DNA of 64,000 nucleotides from an uncultured Clostridia bacterium. Its GTDB lineage: Bacteria > Bacillota > Clostridia > Christensenellales > CAG-138. Of this stretch, positions 10,355-19,914 are shown in pieces (positions within the stretch are counted from its first letter, which is position 1; the number at the start of each line of letters is the position of its first letter). A program made the translations under genes and the position numbers. The stretch is taken from contig CAKTYU010000001.1 of the NCBI GenBank assembly GCA_934633985.1, forward strand, positions 158,305 through 222,304, in the 5' to 3' direction. The notes under the pieces were generated by a model. It was not told the origin of the DNA. It saw only the letters and a list, made by a program, of their open reading frames with translations, and made no database searches.

Positions 10355-10638
10355 TGGCGATACCACCTCCGAATAAAACGCTTTTCATTAACTATAAGGA
10401 TAACTCATTTGAATGCTAAAAATAAAGCCTTTGCCATAATTTTATACAAAAAAGCCTGCTTTGACCATCGTAATTTTTTAATGGGCGGTGATCCGCAGCT
10501 CCGCGAATGGCAAAATTGCGGCAATTTTTAAAACAGGCCGTTATTCCGTTGACATGGCAGTGGCTAAAGTATAAAATAAATAAGGTTTGTATTCTGCCCG
10601 GATTGTCGGGCTATCAACAAGAGATAAGGAGATTTTCA

Positions 10639-11814
10639 ATGCTTAAGAACAACCGTATCCTCCGAATGCTTGCGGCGGCGATGACCGTTATTATGGTTGC
10701 CTGTGCCTTTGCAGGCTGCAGCGCAGTTGTGCAGGATCCCGTAGTTGCAAAGGTGGGCGACGTTGAGATACTGTATTCCACATTTTACAATGCATTCAGC
10801 ACCTATGCCCAGTATGGCATCATAGATACCAGCAACTCCGAGACCGCAAAGGACGGCCGCCAGATGATTATGGATATGCTGGTCAATTCCGTAGTACCCG
10901 TGGCTGAGGCGCACAAGCTGGGCCTGGAGCTCAGCGAGGAAGAGACCAACAAGGCCAAGGAGGACGCCCTTGCAGCCGCCAACAGCTACCTCAGCCAGTA
11001 TGAGGACAGCGAGATAGAGGACGAGGCAGAGCGCCGCGAGGCCGCCATAAAGGCCTTTGACGCGGCATACAAGGCCAGCGGCTACTCCTTCGCGGCGATA
11101 CTTGCCGATATGGAGCAGAGGTATATTGACGAGGCGCTGGGCCAGAAGATACTGAACGACCATTACTCCGCAATAGCAGACCCCACCGACGAGGAGATAC
11201 AGGCCCGCTACGACGAGGAGCTTGCAGCGGACAAGGAGGCCTACGAAAAGGATCCCGCCCAGTACAATAACGATGAGAGCTACTATTCCTACTATGGCAG
11301 CCTCAGGCCGCTGGTAGCCCCCGCCGGACTGTACTATGTAAAGCACATACTCATAAAGAACGCCGACAACGCCGATGAGGACAAGAAGGACAGGGACTAT
11401 AAGGCCCTTGCGCAGGAGGTTCTGGACAAGGTAAACGCCGGCGAGGACTTTGACGCGCTCATAAAGGAGTACAACGAGGATCCCGGCATGGACAGCAAGC
11501 CCGATGGCTATATCGTGGGCGAGAGCTTTGAAAACGTATATGACGAGGCCTTCCAGAAGGCGGCGGCCGCCCTTAAGAAGGAAGGAGACGTTTCCGGACT
11601 GGTAGAGGGCACCTACGGCATACATATAATCAAGCGCTACAAGGATGTAAGCACTGACGTGGTTCCCCTTGAGGAGGTCAAGGAGGACGTGAAGAAGCTC
11701 ATACTGACCGACAAGAAGGACGAGATGTACGATGAGCTCATGGAGCAGTGGAAGTCCGAGCTGAATGTCGTCACCTACGACAAGAGAGTGCAGTACGTAG
11801 GCGTGAACCAGTAA
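10639..11814 (+). CDS. parvulin-type peptidyl-prolyl isomerase lipoprotein (PrsA/SurA-like)
   Basis: ATG at 10639 follows AAGGAG. Signal peptide ends ...CAFAGCS (lipobox). PPIase core YYVKHILIK...GIHIIK. Confidence 0.8.
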   Translation: MLKNNRILRMLAAAMTVIMVACAFAGCSAVVQDPVVAKVGDVEILYSTFYNAFSTYAQYGIIDTSNSETAKDGRQMIMDMLVNSVVPVAEAHKLGLELSEEETNKAKEDALAAANSYLSQYEDSEIEDEAERREAAIKAFDAAYKASGYSFAAILADMEQRYIDEALGQKILNDHYSAIADPTDEEIQARYDEELAADKEAYEKDPAQYNNDESYYSYYGSLRPLVAPAGLYYVKHILIKNADNADEDKKDRDYKALAQEVLDKVNAGEDFDALIKEYNEDPGMDSKPDGYIVGESFENVYDEAFQKAAAALKKEGDVSGLVEGTYGIHIIKRYKDVSTDVVPLEEVKEDVKKLILTDKKDEMYDELMEQWKSELNVVTYDKRVQYVGVNQ

Positions 11815-11840
11815 TAAAAGGCAGCATAAAAAGTAAAACA

Positions 11841-11866
11841 AAAGAGCGGCGGAATGCCGCTCTTTT
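11841..11866. terminator. bidirectional terminator between the PrsA-like gene and the kinase gene
   Basis: Perfect 10-bp stem AAAGAGCGGC-ggaat-GCCGCTCTTT with an A-run on one side and a T-run on the other. Confidence 0.75.
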
Positions 11867-11871
11867 GACGT

Positions 11872-13062
11872 TTATCTTACCTTGAAGCCGAAGTCGGCGC
11901 CGTAGCCCGTGCCGTTGAAGTCCGGGCAGTGATAGAAGATGTAATACTCTCCAGGCCCGTCTACCGTTATCTTGTCTCCCGTTATGGTCTCGCCCTCCTG
12001 CCCCTGGGGAACGGAGTATTCCCAATGCTGGGCGGTGTGGACCTTTGCCTTGCATTCCTTTGAGTATACCGGCGCCAAGACCTTTATATCCAGCGTGAGC
12101 GGGAATTCCGTAACGCCGCTTACGCTCTTGGGCGAAAACTCGGCGCCGGGATAGTCGAACATCGAATGTCCGTCCAGCCTTGCGTCGTTCGGGCGGGTGA
12201 TGAGCTCGCAGGTGCAGGGGATCTCCGCGTCAGCAGCCGCAGTCTCCACCGCAGGCGGCGCTTCGCTGCGCGTCTGCGCTTCTTCCTCCGGGCGCGCCCC
12301 CTTGCCCGCGGCAAGGCCGGAGCAAAAGCCGAGCAGCAGCGCAAGCATGACCGGTACGGCACGCAAAACGGCGGGCTTTTTCTTTTTAACGCCCAGCTCC
12401 TCAAGCAGCTCGTCCGCGGAGGAATACCTGTCCCTTGCGCTGAACCTGAGGCATTTTTTTATTATGGGGCCCATGGGACAGCTTATCTCGGCCCCCGCGG
12501 CGTATGGCTTTCCCTCCGCCGCCTCGTATAGCGTTGCGCCCAGGGAGTATATGTCGCTTTCCGGCCCGGTCTGACCGAAGCCGTACTGCTCCGGCGCGGC
12601 GTAGCCGTTGGTGCCGAGGGTAACGGTATCCGAGGTAGCCTCCGGCTTAAAGAGACGGGAAGCGTCGAAATCTATCAGCACATACCCGCCGCCATCGGCG
12701 CATATTATGTTTTCCGGCTTTATGTCCCTGTGTATTATGGGCGGGCGGCTGCTGTGCAGCAGAGAAAGGGCGGAGCATATATCTATGGCGAGCCGCCTGA
12801 GCTCATCCTCGCCCAGCCTTCCGTTATCCAGCGCCCTTCGCAGCGTAACGCCGTCGATATACCCCTCGGTCACCACCGCCCCCTCATCATCCTCCCTTAC
12901 GGATATCACCTTGGGCAGCCTTGGGCTGTTCAGGCCCATGAGGGCAGAGTACAGCGGCACGGCGGAGCTGCTTATCCTGCGCTGGGTCGCGCATACTCTT
13001 CCATCGGCTCCGTATACGAACGTGACCGGGCTTTTTGCGGCAAAATCGTCCTTGAGCGTCAC
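11872..13062 (-). CDS. membrane-anchored Hanks-type Ser/Thr kinase homologue with a degenerate N-lobe (possible pseudokinase)
   Basis: HRDIKPEN, DFD (not DFG) and GYAAPE are present. No GxGxxG; CATQ replaces VAIK. One TM (AVLRAVPVMLALLLGFCSGLAA) and about 130 aa outside. GTG start overlaps the upstream TGA (GTGA). Confidence 0.7.
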   Translation of the reverse strand: MTLKDDFAAKSPVTFVYGADGRVCATQRRISSSAVPLYSALMGLNSPRLPKVISVREDDEGAVVTEGYIDGVTLRRALDNGRLGEDELRRLAIDICSALSLLHSSRPPIIHRDIKPENIICADGGGYVLIDFDASRLFKPEATSDTVTLGTNGYAAPEQYGFGQTGPESDIYSLGATLYEAAEGKPYAAGAEISCPMGPIIKKCLRFSARDRYSSADELLEELGVKKKKPAVLRAVPVMLALLLGFCSGLAAGKGARPEEEAQTRSEAPPAVETAAADAEIPCTCELITRPNDARLDGHSMFDYPGAEFSPKSVSGVTEFPLTLDIKVLAPVYSKECKAKVHTAQHWEYSVPQGQEGETITGDKITVDGPGEYYIFYHCPDFNGTGYGADFGFKVR

Positions 13063-13475
13063 AGCGTATCCTCCTTTATATCGAAGAGAAGATCGTTGCA
13101 GCGGCTCAGCCCGATGCCGTTTTCAAGGGCGAATATGAGCGCGCCGTCGCGGTGAAAGCGGGGATCCAGCAGGGCGTGGCGGCTGACCCGCAGAAGCATC
13201 TGGCATTCGGACAGCGTAGAGCCTATGGCAAGACAGAAGGCCGCCACGGTATCCCGCCCCGGCGTCCGCTCGTCGTTGAGTATGCGGTAAACGTAATTGC
13301 CGGTGCCGGTGCGTGCGGCTATGTCGCCCGGGCGCAGGCCGTACTTATCCAGCAGGGCGTAAAGGCAGCCGCCCGGCGTTTCTTTTATGAGCTCGGTTTC
13401 GTATTTTTGGAAAAAAGACAGTAAATCGGAAGCCTGCCTGAGGTGTAAAAGCAGATCGGAAGTGCTTATGCTCAA
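13059..13475 (-). CDS. XRE-like helix-turn-helix protein, translationally coupled to the kinase
   Basis: HTH segment GLRPGDIAARTGTGNYVYRILNDER. Preferred start is the TTG at 13475, 7 nt after AGGGAGGG. The tracker ATG at 13616 would leave only 38 nt to the divergent gene. Confidence 0.55.
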   Translation of the reverse strand: MSISTSDLLLHLRQASDLLSFFQKYETELIKETPGGCLYALLDKYGLRPGDIAARTGTGNYVYRILNDERTPGRDTVAAFCLAIGSTLSECQMLLRVSRHALLDPRFHRDGALIFALENGIGLSRCNDLLFDIKEDTL

Positions 13476-13654
13476 GGGCTGTCCCTCCCTTCTTGTATCA
13501 GAATAAACCAGATGTGCGCCCACTGTCAATAAAAAAGGCAGCGGGCGGTTTTTTCGCCTCCTTGTCGAAGAAAAACGCTGTTCTCCGATGGTATGATTTT
13601 TATGAGATGTACTCATACTGATCCCATATCATATCTAAGGAGAAATGCAAAAAA

Positions 13655-14491
13655 ATGAAAAGAACAGCCGCCGTGATGCTTCTCATAATATTGTTGGCTG
13701 CGGGCTGCGCCAATGCGGAGGCGGAGAAGCCGATATTTAATATGGAGCCCGCCGCCGAGACCGCCGCGCCTACGCCTGAGCTTACGCCCGCGCCCACGCC
13801 GGAGATCACCCCGGAGCCCACCCAGGAGCCTGCTCCCTTTTCAAAATACGCGCCTACCGTGAACATGTCCTTCGAGGAGCTGATAGGCGACGATGGGGAC
13901 AGGAGCCTGCCCAAGGGGTACCCAAAGGCGGGGACTTATAAGATAATAGTCGATATAGCGCATCAGGTGACGATGGTATACAAGGCGGACGAGGGCGGCG
14001 AATACAGGCCGGAGAGGTATATGCTGTGCTCGACCGGCGTAAATGGGCGCACGCCGAAGGGAACCTTCAAGATGGGGGCGTACAGGGTGCGCTTCTCGAA
14101 GTTCGCCCGGGACGGAAGGTATGGGCAGTACTGGACGCAGATACGCAAGGCCATATATTTTCACACCACGCTGTACACCGCAAAGGACGTGAACGCATAC
14201 GAGGCGGCCTCCTTCAACAAGCTGGGCGTGGCGGACTCCCACGGCTGCGTGCGGCTTACGGTGCCGGATGCAAGGTGGATGTGGTATCATATCGCCCCGG
14301 GGACGGAGTGCGTGATACGGGCGGGGGACCCCAACGATGCCGAGACCGCCGCGATAAGGGCCGGACTCACCATAACAAAGGCGCCGGAGGAGCGCGTGGA
14401 GCTTTCCGCGGGGACTGCGCCGTATACGGACGACTGGCGCATTGGGGATATACCCATTGAGGAAAAATTCCGTCAGGGCAGCCAGAACTAA
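13655..14491 (+). CDS. L,D-transpeptidase (YkuD domain) lipoprotein
   Basis: Lipobox LLAAGC, Pro/Thr-rich linker, catalytic SHGCVRL motif. Confidence 0.85.
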   Translation: MKRTAAVMLLIILLAAGCANAEAEKPIFNMEPAAETAAPTPELTPAPTPEITPEPTQEPAPFSKYAPTVNMSFEELIGDDGDRSLPKGYPKAGTYKIIVDIAHQVTMVYKADEGGEYRPERYMLCSTGVNGRTPKGTFKMGAYRVRFSKFARDGRYGQYWTQIRKAIYFHTTLYTAKDVNAYEAASFNKLGVADSHGCVRLTVPDARWMWYHIAPGTECVIRAGDPNDAETAAIRAGLTITKAPEERVELSAGTAPYTDDWRIGDIPIEEKFRQGSQN

Positions 14492-14521
14492 AAACACTTA
14501 CTAACTGCTGCGGCATTATGA

Positions 14522-14552
14522 GGCTGCCCGAAATATCGGGACAGCCTTTTTT
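14522..14552 (+). terminator. intrinsic terminator after the L,D-transpeptidase gene
   Basis: GGCTGCCCGA-aata-TCGGGACAGCC followed by TTTTTT. Confidence 0.75.
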
Positions 14553-14618
14553 GCGCTGTTGCAATTTCAGGCCGGTTTTTGTATGCTATAAGCATATCTG
14601 AAAGGACATTGGTGCTTT

Positions 14619-15833
14619 ATGACTAAAAGGGCTTATTACGAAAACGGCGCACTGGAGTGCGAGGCCACGGTGCTTAGGTGCAGGGCCGCGGAAAACGGCT
14701 TTGAGATACTTACCGACGTCACCTCTATTTTTCCTGAAAGCGGCGGGCAGCTTTCGGATACGGGCTTTATAGGGGACGCCCGCGTGACCCACGCCCGCGA
14801 GGAGGGCAGCGAGGTATGGCACCTGTGCGATAAGGCCATAGATGAGGGCGCAAGGGTAAGGATAGCCGCCGATGCGGAGCCGCGTCTCGACCATACGCAG
14901 CAGCACAGCGGGGAGCATATACTTTCCGGCTTGGCGAGCAGGATGTTCGGGGCGGTAAACGTGGGCTTTCACATGGCGGAGGATTACGCCACCATAGACC
15001 TCGACACGCCGCTTACCCATGAGCAGATAAAGGAGCTCCAGCGTGAGGCCAACCGCGCAGTGCAGTGCAACGTCCCCGTCGCCTATGAAACGGTACAGGG
15101 GGAGGAGCTTGAGCATATCGCGCTCCGCAAGCAGGCCAAGGGCCTTAAGGGGGACATACGCATAGTGTATTTCGACGGGGGTGAGGTGGATTCCTGCACC
15201 TGCTGCGGAACGCACGTGGCCTTCTCCGGCGAGGTGGGGTATATAAAGATAACCGCCCATATAAAATACAAGGGCGGCACCCGTATATGGTTCGCCTGCG
15301 GCATGCGCGCCGTGGAGGATTCCCTAAGGGACAAGGATACGGTGGACGCCCTTGCCGTGCGGTTCAGCGCAAAGCAGGAGGACGTGCTTAGCGCGGTGCT
15401 GCGCCAGGGGGACGAGCTGACCTCGGCAAGGCATCAGCTCAAGGAGCGCACCGAGAGGCTCAATGGGTTTATTGCGGCGGAGCTCATAGGCAAGGCGGAG
15501 ACGATAGGCGGCACAAAGCTCATAATAGACATACAGAAGGGTAGCGCCATGAACGAGCTTAAAAACCTCGGAGATATGCTCATAAGGGACGAAAACGTGC
15601 TGGCGATGCTCTTCGGCGTGACCGGAGACAGCCTCGTATATCAGCTCGTGCGCGGCGGCAAGGTCAAAGCCAGCATGAAGGAGCTTATAAAGGCTGTGAA
15701 CGCGGCGACGGGCGGCAAGGGCGGCGGAAGGGACGAATACGCCCAGGGCAGCGCAAAGCTGACCAACGCAACGGACGCAGAGGGCAGCGTGGAGAGCCTG
15801 AGGGGGTATTGCAGGAGCATGCTCAAGGCGTAA
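14619..15833 (+). CDS. alaX: AlaX-L type alanyl-tRNA editing protein (editing domain plus DHHA1-like C-terminus)
   Basis: HSGEHIL and CCGTHV zinc-binding editing motifs; 404 aa. Confidence 0.8.
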   Translation: MTKRAYYENGALECEATVLRCRAAENGFEILTDVTSIFPESGGQLSDTGFIGDARVTHAREEGSEVWHLCDKAIDEGARVRIAADAEPRLDHTQQHSGEHILSGLASRMFGAVNVGFHMAEDYATIDLDTPLTHEQIKELQREANRAVQCNVPVAYETVQGEELEHIALRKQAKGLKGDIRIVYFDGGEVDSCTCCGTHVAFSGEVGYIKITAHIKYKGGTRIWFACGMRAVEDSLRDKDTVDALAVRFSAKQEDVLSAVLRQGDELTSARHQLKERTERLNGFIAAELIGKAETIGGTKLIIDIQKGSAMNELKNLGDMLIRDENVLAMLFGVTGDSLVYQLVRGGKVKASMKELIKAVNAATGGKGGGRDEYAQGSAKLTNATDAEGSVESLRGYCRSMLKA

Positions 15834-15862
15834 AAAAACGCGGAAAAACAGCGAATACACTG

Positions 15863-15890
15863 TTGACAAATATCCCGAATGTGATATAAT
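15863..15890 (+). promoter_or_regulatory. strong sigma-A promoter of the infC-rpmI-rplT operon
   Basis: TTGACA, 16-nt spacer, TATAAT with an extended TGa element. Confidence 0.7.
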
Positions 15891-16016
15891 AACCAACGGC
15901 AAAGCAGAAGCAGCCCGCTTCTCACCCGCCGGCAGCATTCAGCCAGGCGCGGTAAATACAGGCAATCATCAAAGCTAATGTATTCGGCGGGTCTTCAGGC
16001 CCGCTGAATTTTTTAT
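15891..16016 (+). promoter_or_regulatory. 5' leader with a terminator-like attenuator hairpin (L20-leader-like)
   Basis: About 125-nt leader. CGGCGGG-tcttcagg-CCCGCTG (15985-16006) followed by AATTTTTT, directly in front of the infC SD. Confidence 0.5.
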
Positions 16017-16031
16017 ATGGAGGTGTCCACC

Positions 16032-16547
16032 ATAGCCAAGGAAGAACTTCAGATCAACGAGGAGATCCGCGATAAGGAAGTGCGCCTTATCGACGAGAAC
16101 GGCAACCAGCAGGGCGTTGTTCACAGCGACGTCGCTCTTCGCATGGCAGAAGAGGCGGGGCTCGACCTCGTAAAGATAGCCCCTCAGGCCACGCCGCCCG
16201 TATGCAAGATAATGGATTACGGCAAGTATAAGTTTGAGCAGGGCAAGCGCGAAAAGGAAGCCAAGAAGAACCAGAAGGTCATAGACATAAAGGAAATACG
16301 CCTTTCCGCCACTATCGATACCCATGATATGGAAGTTAAAGCCAAGGCAACCGAAAAGTTCCTCAAGAACGGGGACAAGGTAAAGGTGAGCATCCGCTTC
16401 CGAGGCCGCCAGATAAAGCACGGGGACCTTGGGCTGGACGTAATGGACACTTTCTATGAGATGGTCAAGGACAGTGCTGCGATCGACCGCCCTGCCAAGC
16501 AGGAGGGACGCAATATGTTCATGATATTAACACCCAAAACCAATTAA
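16032..16547 (+). CDS. infC: translation initiation factor IF-3, probable non-AUG (ATA) start
   Basis: [23 protein letters not shown] aligns with the B. subtilis IF-3 N-terminus. GGAGG (16019-16023) lies 8 nt before the ATA at 16032. The in-frame ATG at 16017 overlaps that SD and has none of its own. Confidence 0.85.
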   Translation: MAKEELQINEEIRDKEVRLIDENGNQQGVVHSDVALRMAEEAGLDLVKIAPQATPPVCKIMDYGKYKFEQGKREKEAKKNQKVIDIKEIRLSATIDTHDMEVKAKATEKFLKNGDKVKVSIRFRGRQIKHGDLGLDVMDTFYEMVKDSAAIDRPAKQEGRNMFMILTPKTN

Positions 16548-16564
16548 TACAGGAGGAATACCCC

Positions 16565-16762
16565 ATGCCGAAAATCAAGACCCATAGGGGTGCTGCAAAA
16601 CGCTTCAGCGTTACCAAGTCCGGCAAGATCAAGAGAGCAAAGGCCTACAAGAGCCACATCCTTACCAAAAAGACCACTAAGCGCGGCCGCAGACTGCGTA
16701 AGGGCGGCTTCATTGCCGAGTGCGAAGCCAAGAAGGTTCGCGAGCTGATACCTTATAAGTAG
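16565..16762 (+). CDS. rpmI: 50S ribosomal protein L35
   Basis: [14 protein letters not shown]...; 65 aa. Confidence 0.95.
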   Translation: MPKIKTHRGAAKRFSVTKSGKIKRAKAYKSHILTKKTTKRGRRLRKGGFIAECEAKKVRELIPYK

Positions 16763-16775
16763 GAGGAAATGAATC

Positions 16776-17132
16776 ATGGCAAGAATAAAGAGAGCAGTTA
16801 ATGCCGTTAAAAAACGCCGCAAGGTCTTTAAGCTGTCCAAGGGCTACTATGGCGCCAAGAGCAAGCAGTACCGCGCAGCTTCCCAGCAGGTGATGCGCTC
16901 CATGGCTTACGCCTATGTAGGACGCAAGCTCAAAAAGCGTGAATACCGCAAGCTCTGGATCACCCGTATCAACGCAGGCGCACGCATCTGCGGCACCACT
17001 TACAGCCGCATGATCGACGGCCTCAAGAAGGCCGGCGTCGATGTGAACCGCAAGGTTCTGGCCGATCTCGCCGTAAACGATATGGCAGCCTTCAAGAAGC
17101 TGGCCGATATCGCCGTCGAGGCAAGGGCGTAA
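16776..17132 (+). CDS. rplT: 50S ribosomal protein L20
   Basis: MARIKRAVNAVKKRRKV...YVGRKLKKREYRKLWITRINA; 118 aa. Confidence 0.95.
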   Translation: MARIKRAVNAVKKRRKVFKLSKGYYGAKSKQYRAASQQVMRSMAYAYVGRKLKKREYRKLWITRINAGARICGTTYSRMIDGLKKAGVDVNRKVLADLAVNDMAAFKKLADIAVEARA

Positions 17133-17149
17133 ATAAGCATAAATAAAAT

Positions 17150-17180
17150 AGCGCAGTCATAAACGGCTGCGCTGTTTCAT
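17150..17180 (+). terminator. terminator after rplT
   Basis: AGCGCAG-tcataaacgg-CTGCGCT followed by gTTTcaTT. Confidence 0.55.
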
Positions 17181-17198
17181 TAAAGGGAGGATGTGCCG

Positions 17199-17948
17199 AT
17201 GCTTATACAGAGCACCAGTAATCCAACGGTAAAGCGGGTGCGCTCGCTGCTGACTAAAAAAGGGCGCAGGGAGACGGGGCTTCACCTCATAGAGGGTGAA
17301 AGGCTTGTTGCGGAGGCGGCTTCCTCCGGCGCGGATATAGCTTATCTGTTCGTCGAGGAAGGGCATGAGCCCATGCTTTTCCCGAATTGCAGCGTTTATC
17401 AGGTGACGCACCATGTGCTGGAGAGCATGACGGATACCTACAGCCCGCAAAGCGTCTGCGCGGCGGTAAAGACCCCGGATATTAAGCTTCCGGACGAGTA
17501 TCCGGAAGGCCTTATAGTGGCGCTGGACTGCGTGCAGGACCCGGGTAATATGGGGACCATAATACGCACAGCCGATGCTATGGGTGCTGCGGGGCTGCTT
17601 TTGAGTTCCGGCTGCGCAGACCCATTTGGCCCAAAGGTGCTGCGTTCTACAATGGGCAGCATATATCACCTGCCCATATGGCAGGGTGAGCTTGCTGCTG
17701 AGCTTGTAAAGCTGAAGTCTGAGGATTTCAGGCTGATATGCGGCCACCTCGCAGGAAACGAGATATTGCCCGAGCCCGGCCGCCGCTGCGTGCTTATAAT
17801 AGGAAACGAGGGCAACGGAGTGTCAGATGCTGTGGCGGAGCTGTGCGATAAATACAGGCTGCCCATGTTCGGAAGGGCTGAGAGCCTCAACGCCTCGGTG
17901 GCCGCCGGCATAATGATGTATGAAATAGCTAAGGAAATGCGAAAATAG
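17199..17948 (+). CDS. TrmH/SpoU-family RNA 2'-O-methyltransferase
   Basis: SpoU motifs LDCVQDPGNMGTIIR and IGNEGNGVS...ESLNASVAAGI. ATG at 17199 lies 8 nt after AGGGAGG. Confidence 0.8.
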   Translation: MLIQSTSNPTVKRVRSLLTKKGRRETGLHLIEGERLVAEAASSGADIAYLFVEEGHEPMLFPNCSVYQVTHHVLESMTDTYSPQSVCAAVKTPDIKLPDEYPEGLIVALDCVQDPGNMGTIIRTADAMGAAGLLLSSGCADPFGPKVLRSTMGSIYHLPIWQGELAAELVKLKSEDFRLICGHLAGNEILPEPGRRCVLIIGNEGNGVSDAVAELCDKYRLPMFGRAESLNASVAAGIMMYEIAKEMRK

Positions 17949-17978
17949 GCGCTTTTAAAAAAAGAAGGTGTGAGCTGT

Positions 17979-18392
17979 ATGTGGCTTGTATGCGCCATAC
18001 TCAGCGCGGTGTTCGCCGCCGCGACGTCCATACTTGCCAAGGTAGGCATAGAGGGTGTTGGCTCCAACCTCGCCACGGCCATACGCACTATGGTAGTTGT
18101 GGTGATGGCGTGGGTCATGGTGTTAATCACCAATCAGCAGGGCGGAATAAGCGGGATAACGCCGAAGAGCTGGCTGTTCCTGTGCCTGTCCGGCCTTGCC
18201 ACCGGCGCTTCGTGGCTCTTCTATTATAGGGCCATACAGATAGGCGAGGTGAGCAAGGTAGTGCCAATAGACAAGCTGAGCGTAGTCATAACGCTGATAC
18301 TTGCGTTTGTGTTCCTGCATGAGAGATTCACATGGAAAAGCGCGGTGGGGGCCGCGCTCATAACCGCGGGAACGCTTATAATGGTGCTGTAA
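17979..18392 (+). CDS. single-EamA-domain small DMT-family membrane transporter
   Basis: 137 aa, four or five TM segments, EamA-like pattern (SILAKVGIEGV...PIDKLSVV). ATG at 17979 follows GAAGGTG. Confidence 0.65.
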   Translation: MWLVCAILSAVFAAATSILAKVGIEGVGSNLATAIRTMVVVVMAWVMVLITNQQGGISGITPKSWLFLCLSGLATGASWLFYYRAIQIGEVSKVVPIDKLSVVITLILAFVFLHERFTWKSAVGAALITAGTLIMVL

Positions 18393-18434
18393 AAGGTTTA
18401 GAGCACAAACACCGTTTAAAAAGCAGGAGGTAAA

Positions 18435-19130
18435 GTGGACAACAAAAACAACTGCATTATTTGCGGAGCCGAGCTTGAGTATTTTAATTCGCCAAAAACG
18501 ATAGAATGCGAGCTGTGCCACAGGATATTTCAGACTAACGCCGCCTGTAAGAACGGCCACTATATATGCGATAAATGCCACAGTACCAACGCTGTGGAGT
18601 TGATCCGCAGCGTGTGCGGCAGCACAAAGAGTAAAAACCCAATAGAAATAATACGGAAGCTGATGGCACAACCTGCGGTGCATATGCACGGCCCGGAACA
18701 CCACATACTCGTGGGCTCTGCGATTATATCTGCTTTTCATAACTGCGGAGGCGATGTGAATCTGAATGCCGCATTGGATGAAATGAAAAACAGGGGAGAG
18801 CAGGCGCCGGGTGGGATATGCGGGTTCTGGGGCTGCTGCGGCGCAGCAGTCAGCTGCGGAATGGCAATAAGCATAATAACCGGAGCAACGCCGCTTAGCG
18901 GGCAGGAATGGGGTTTAGCCAACCTTATGACGTCCGAAGCACTGGAAAGAATAGCGGCCATAGGTGGCCCGCGGTGCTGCAAGCGGGACAGCTTTACAGC
19001 TGTAAGCGCTGCGGCGGAGTTCATAGAAGAGAAATTCGGTATAAGGCTTGAAATGCCGGAAAAAATAATTTGCGGCTTTTATCCTATGAATGGACAGTGC
19101 CTTGGGGATAGATGTCCGTTTCATCCTTAA
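18435..19130 (+). CDS. cysteine-rich protein (DUF5714-like) with an N-terminal double zinc ribbon
   Basis: GTG start after AGGAGG. CIICG..CELCH..CKNGHYICDKCH, then GFWGCCGAAVSCG, CCKRD and CLGDRC motifs. Confidence 0.5.
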   Translation: MDNKNNCIICGAELEYFNSPKTIECELCHRIFQTNAACKNGHYICDKCHSTNAVELIRSVCGSTKSKNPIEIIRKLMAQPAVHMHGPEHHILVGSAIISAFHNCGGDVNLNAALDEMKNRGEQAPGGICGFWGCCGAAVSCGMAISIITGATPLSGQEWGLANLMTSEALERIAAIGGPRCCKRDSFTAVSAAAEFIEEKFGIRLEMPEKIICGFYPMNGQCLGDRCPFHP

Positions 19131-19191
19131 AAAAGCTAAAGATAAACAGAGAAGAGCCCCATTTAGGTGAGGCTCTTTCATATGCTTTATA

Positions 19192-19776
19192 TTATGTTCT
19201 CGCCGCCCTTTGCCAGTCCGGGTATATCCCCACCTTGGCGAGCATATGGTACAGCTTGTGCATGGGCATACCGATTATGGTAAAATAGCAGCCCTCGACC
19301 CGCTTTACGAACACCGCGGCAGGGCCCTGTATGCCGTATGCCCCCGCCTTGTCGAGCGGCTCGCCGGAGGCTACATAGGCGCGTATGTCAGCTTCGGGTA
19401 TAGCCTCCATGGTCACCTCGGTGGTGTCATGGCATACGTCGCAGCCCTGATCGGTCAGTACCGCAACCCCGGTGTATACCGTGTGCGTTTTGCCGGATAG
19501 CTTTTTCAGTATGCTCACGGCATCCTCGGGGTCCCTGGGCTTGCCGATTATTTCTCCGTCGAGCCATACTATGGTGTCCGCGCCGACCACACAGGCGCCG
19601 GGTTTATCCTTCTTTACGGCGCCCGCCTTGCGAAGGGCAAGCTGCTCCACAAATTCACCGGGCCGGGTAAAGGGTATGTTCTCGTCGGCATCGCTGGTTA
19701 TGGCGGTGTAATCGAGGCCCACAAGGCTGAAAAGCTCCCTGCGGCGGGGGGATTGGGAAGCGAGAATAAGCTCCAT
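19192..19776 (-). CDS. maf: Maf-like nucleoside triphosphate pyrophosphatase / septum formation protein
   Basis: MELILASQSPRRRELF...GAYGIQG. ATG at 19776 lies 5 nt after GAGGTG. Confidence 0.9.
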   Translation of the reverse strand: MELILASQSPRRRELFSLVGLDYTAITSDADENIPFTRPGEFVEQLALRKAGAVKKDKPGACVVGADTIVWLDGEIIGKPRDPEDAVSILKKLSGKTHTVYTGVAVLTDQGCDVCHDTTEVTMEAIPEADIRAYVASGEPLDKAGAYGIQGPAAVFVKRVEGCYFTIIGMPMHKLYHMLAKVGIYPDWQRAART

Positions 19777-19914
19777 ACATTTCACCTCAAAAAAATTCTC
19801 AAAAAATCACATATTGTAGAATATCACAGCTTGCGGACAAACGCAAACCCGAAGGGTATATCTGTAACAATATATGGAAATACTTTTTTGCGAAGATCAC
19901 ACGGAGGTATTTCT

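Noticed and set aside
13476-13616. The 47-codon N-terminal extension of the HTH protein from the tracker ATG at 13616.
   Set aside because: The extension is Arg/Ser-rich with no SD. It would leave only 38 nt for two divergent promoters. A strong AGGGAGGG-N7-TTG start exists at 13475. The ATG start cannot be excluded without experimental data.
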